IMG/VR virus record: IMGVR_UViG_3300005286_000499
Span: 1-29,398 of that record
Source: a virus
Taxonomy: Duplodnaviria > Caudoviricetes
Strand: one strand, 5' to 3'
DNA: 29,398 nt
This document shows positions 27,180 to 29,398 of this stretch, piece after piece. Made by a program: the position numbers and the translations under genes. The notes beneath the pieces are model-generated. The model did not search any database, was not told the DNA's origin, and saw only the letters and a list, made by a program, of their open reading frames with translations. Every line of letters begins with the position of its first letter. Position 1 is the stretch's first letter.

Positions 27180-27530
27180 ATGAGGGTATTCGGAATCATC
27201 GCAATTGCGGGGCTGGCAGCCGTAGGAGTTGCCGCCGTGAAGATCAATCGAAGGCTGGATAATCTGGTCGCCTGGGTGCGACTACAAAACGATCATCAGG
27301 ACACACGAACAGGCCGCCTGGAGAACCAAACGGGGTTCCTGATGCTGGCGACAGCCGCGCATTTGCCAGCCGAGCAGAGGGAAACAGCCGAGGCGGCCTT
27401 TGACAATCTTGAGGCGCGGATTGCCAGAATGGTTGACGGACTGGAAGAAGAGGTCGAGGAACCGAAGTCGCCGCTGAAGAGCCTCAGAGAGTCAACAGAG
27501 AGGTTGGAGACGAAGATAAGGGAGTCCTAA
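27180..27530 (+). CDS. Membrane-anchored coiled-coil hypothetical protein
   Basis: N-terminal hydrophobic helix and AGGAGATCA RBS. Confidence 0.6.
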   Translation: MRVFGIIAIAGLAAVGVAAVKINRRLDNLVAWVRLQNDHQDTRTGRLENQTGFLMLATAAHLPAEQRETAEAAFDNLEARIARMVDGLEEEVEEPKSPLKSLRESTERLETKIRES

Positions 27531-27541
27531 TTAGGACTCCC
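27520..27541. terminator. Perfect 22-bp palindrome between convergent genes (possible bidirectional terminator or binding site)
   Basis: gggagtcctaattaggactccc. Confidence 0.55.
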
Positions 27542-27547
27542 CTCCGC

Positions 27548-29398
27548 TTAGGGTTCAGGGAAGAATCCTTCACGGCCTTCAGCGGCATTGCCGTAGAAAT
27601 CGACGCGGTTCAGTTTTCCTCTCAGGTCATCTGGCACATCGTCATTCTCCAGAATGATGATTTGTTCATCGGCGACAGGGTGGGAGAGGTAGCGATAAAA
27701 CCGATCTTTTATGTCCGCAGGTATTTCACTTTGTTTAGATGTAGCAACTTGAAGTGAATGAATTGGAGAGTCAAGCACAACGAATCCAGGATGTGGTTTT
27801 TTATTGCGAATACAGTAACGTAGTAAACCTATGGAATAAGCAGAGTGAAATAATGCTCTGATGCCCTTCCCCTGGACTTTTCGGGCCTTGCCGTTAACGA
27901 TCATATCCAGATCATTGTCAAACGTGATGTTGCCCCTGACCTTGATATTCCAGCCCTCCAGAACCTCCTTTATGCATCCAGCAAACTGGGCTTGTTCTAT
28001 TGATATGTCTCCAGCAAACCGAGGGTTGGGTATATCTGACTTCTTTGGCTTACTGCCTAATTCCTCACGTGCGGCTTTGAAGATATCCAGCCGCTTTCGC
28101 TCTGATTCCATTGTCAGAACCATCTCTCGCTGCTGGATCAGTTCGTCAAGGCGATTACTCCATAACTCAAACGACGGCTGTAAATCGGACTGGAGTTCTC
28201 GATCCAATTCGCTTAACTTGCCTGATAGATAGGAGAGGAATTCCTCCTTCTCCTCCCGTTCGCGAGAAAGAGCCTCGATAGTCGATTTGAGGTCAATCAA
28301 ATGGCGTGTTATCTTCTCTGCCTCACGCTGCGCTGCTTGTGTTATGTGAGCAATTTCCTCATCCTTTCCCGTACATGCTTGGCGCAGATCATGAGCAGCA
28401 ACGGGACGATTACAGAGAGGGCACATAACCTCATTTAACTGCCCAAACAGGTATTCACCTTCCGCAATGAATTTGAGACGTTCCAGGTCCGACTCATACT
28501 GCTTTTCAAGGAGTTGAAATCGCCCGATGAGTTGAGTTAGGCCGTGGCGTCGTAATTCTGTTTCCTCAACCTGATCCACAAGTTCGGATTTCGCACTGAA
28601 TATCCGTTCTATCGACTGTTCTTGTGTGCCGATCCTCTCACGGAGATTTCGGAGACGTTCATCAAAATTTTCCAGTTCCGATAAATCGACAGTTATTCTC
28701 TCCCTTTTCTCCTTGATACCTTCCTCAATCTCTGCAATTAACTGGTCATATAGAGTGGTCTTTGCGCCCCACGCCGCCGTTTGTTTGTCGAGAGTAGGAA
28801 TTGCTTTCAGGCTACTGCCATCTCGACCTGAAAGCAGAAATTCAAAGAGAGAGCGACTCAGGATCGCTTGATCGTATTGCTCACTAACTAAGGGAGGCCA
28901 TTCGTTAATGATACGCGTTTCTTTAACCATAGCAGCCCAGGACATTATTCGAACTGACAATGCCTGAGTCTGGTTGTACATCGTAGACCGTAATTTCGCG
29001 GCGGGTATCCCCATTTGCCCCAGCAAGAACTCAGAGGCAGTGTTTTTCCTCTTGCCTTGAAAATGCTGGTTCAGTGGTGTCCCCGCTTGATTAACGGCGT
29101 TCTCAAGTGAGCCAGGGAACATCGTAATATTCCCCGTTGCTAAGTCGCGATGGAAAGAGAATAGGTCGCCTGTGACGCCGATGGCCTCCATCTGAGCCGT
29201 GGTGTATCCTTCCGCTTCAGGCACGTCCTTTGGTGGGTCCGAGGAGGTAAGCATGTAGTCGATAAGATCGTATACGTAACTCTTTCCCACGTTGGATGGC
29301 CCGATGATTACATTCAGACCAGGGTGTAGCGTCAGTGTCGCCGCCTTCTTTTCTGGACCCACTACGGCCAGTTTTGCGATGAGCATGCCGTTACGCAT
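27548..29398 (-). CDS. lmuB: SMC-like ABC ATPase of a Lamassu / ABC three-component defence system (LmuB-like)
   Basis: Walker A GPSNVGKS, long coiled coils with a CPLC zinc hook, GKGIRA signature, HPGFVVLDSP Walker B and QIIILEN. Lower GC. Confidence 0.78.
   Translation of the reverse strand: MRNGMLIAKLAVVGPEKKAATLTLHPGLNVIIGPSNVGKSYVYDLIDYMLTSSDPPKDVPEAEGYTTAQMEAIGVTGDLFSFHRDLATGNITMFPGSLENAVNQAGTPLNQHFQGKRKNTASEFLLGQMGIPAAKLRSTMYNQTQALSVRIMSWAAMVKETRIINEWPPLVSEQYDQAILSRSLFEFLLSGRDGSSLKAIPTLDKQTAAWGAKTTLYDQLIAEIEEGIKEKRERITVDLSELENFDERLRNLRERIGTQEQSIERIFSAKSELVDQVEETELRRHGLTQLIGRFQLLEKQYESDLERLKFIAEGEYLFGQLNEVMCPLCNRPVAAHDLRQACTGKDEEIAHITQAAQREAEKITRHLIDLKSTIEALSREREEKEEFLSYLSGKLSELDRELQSDLQPSFELWSNRLDELIQQREMVLTMESERKRLDIFKAAREELGSKPKKSDIPNPRFAGDISIEQAQFAGCIKEVLEGWNIKVRGNITFDNDLDMIVNGKARKVQGKGIRALFHSAYSIGLLRYCIRNKKPHPGFVVLDSPIHSLQVATSKQSEIPADIKDRFYRYLSHPVADEQIIILENDDVPDDLRGKLNRVDFYGNAAEGREGFFPEP

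Larger units (their letters stand above)
1..27530. mobile_element. Siphovirus-type prophage or phage genome segment (complete head-tail-lysis module plus accessory genes); boundaries not determined
   Basis: Ordered terminase-portal-head-neck-tail-lysin cassette with no sheath gene, plus a DUF1064-like gene. No integrase or att site is seen, so the ends are approximate. Confidence 0.9.

Noticed and set aside
1-29398. Stop-codon reassignment
   Set aside because: Genes are full length and tightly packed under the standard code, and TAA, TAG and TGA all end genes.

Overview
Most of this window is the complete late region of a GC-rich, siphovirus-type (pro)phage on the minus strand (about 4.7-25.4 kb). 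It runs terminase small and large, SPP1-like portal, MuF/gp7 minor head protein, scaffold, major capsid, adaptor and stopper. An inserted block follows (glycosyltransferase, three small membrane proteins, fibre-like and BppU-like proteins). The operon then continues with HK97 gp10, tail terminator, tail tube, a tail chaperone with a -1 frameshift, tape measure, Dit, a CBM-rich hub/receptor-binding protein, an amidase endolysin and a coupled 38-aa membrane peptide. An ECF-type sigma factor is transcribed divergently from terS. Left accessory cargo: two tandem HEPN-motif proteins, a lipoprotein and a Zn-ribbon membrane protein. Right flank: two membrane proteins and a Lamassu/ABC-3C SMC-like ATPase whose partners lie outside the window. 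The least explained signals are: (i) a ~1 kb repeat-dense non-coding region at 1041-2106 that looks like an origin or structured RNA; (ii) a 16-bp directional tandem motif RTYGCWA-NN-ATYGCRA just 5' of the RBS of the sigma, portal, tail tube and hub genes; (iii) an extended GGAGATCAC start-associated motif on most late genes; (iv) the tandem HEPN pair, a candidate undescribed defence system. No integrase, repressor, replication gene or att site is visible. All calls come from motif reading and gene order, without database searches.
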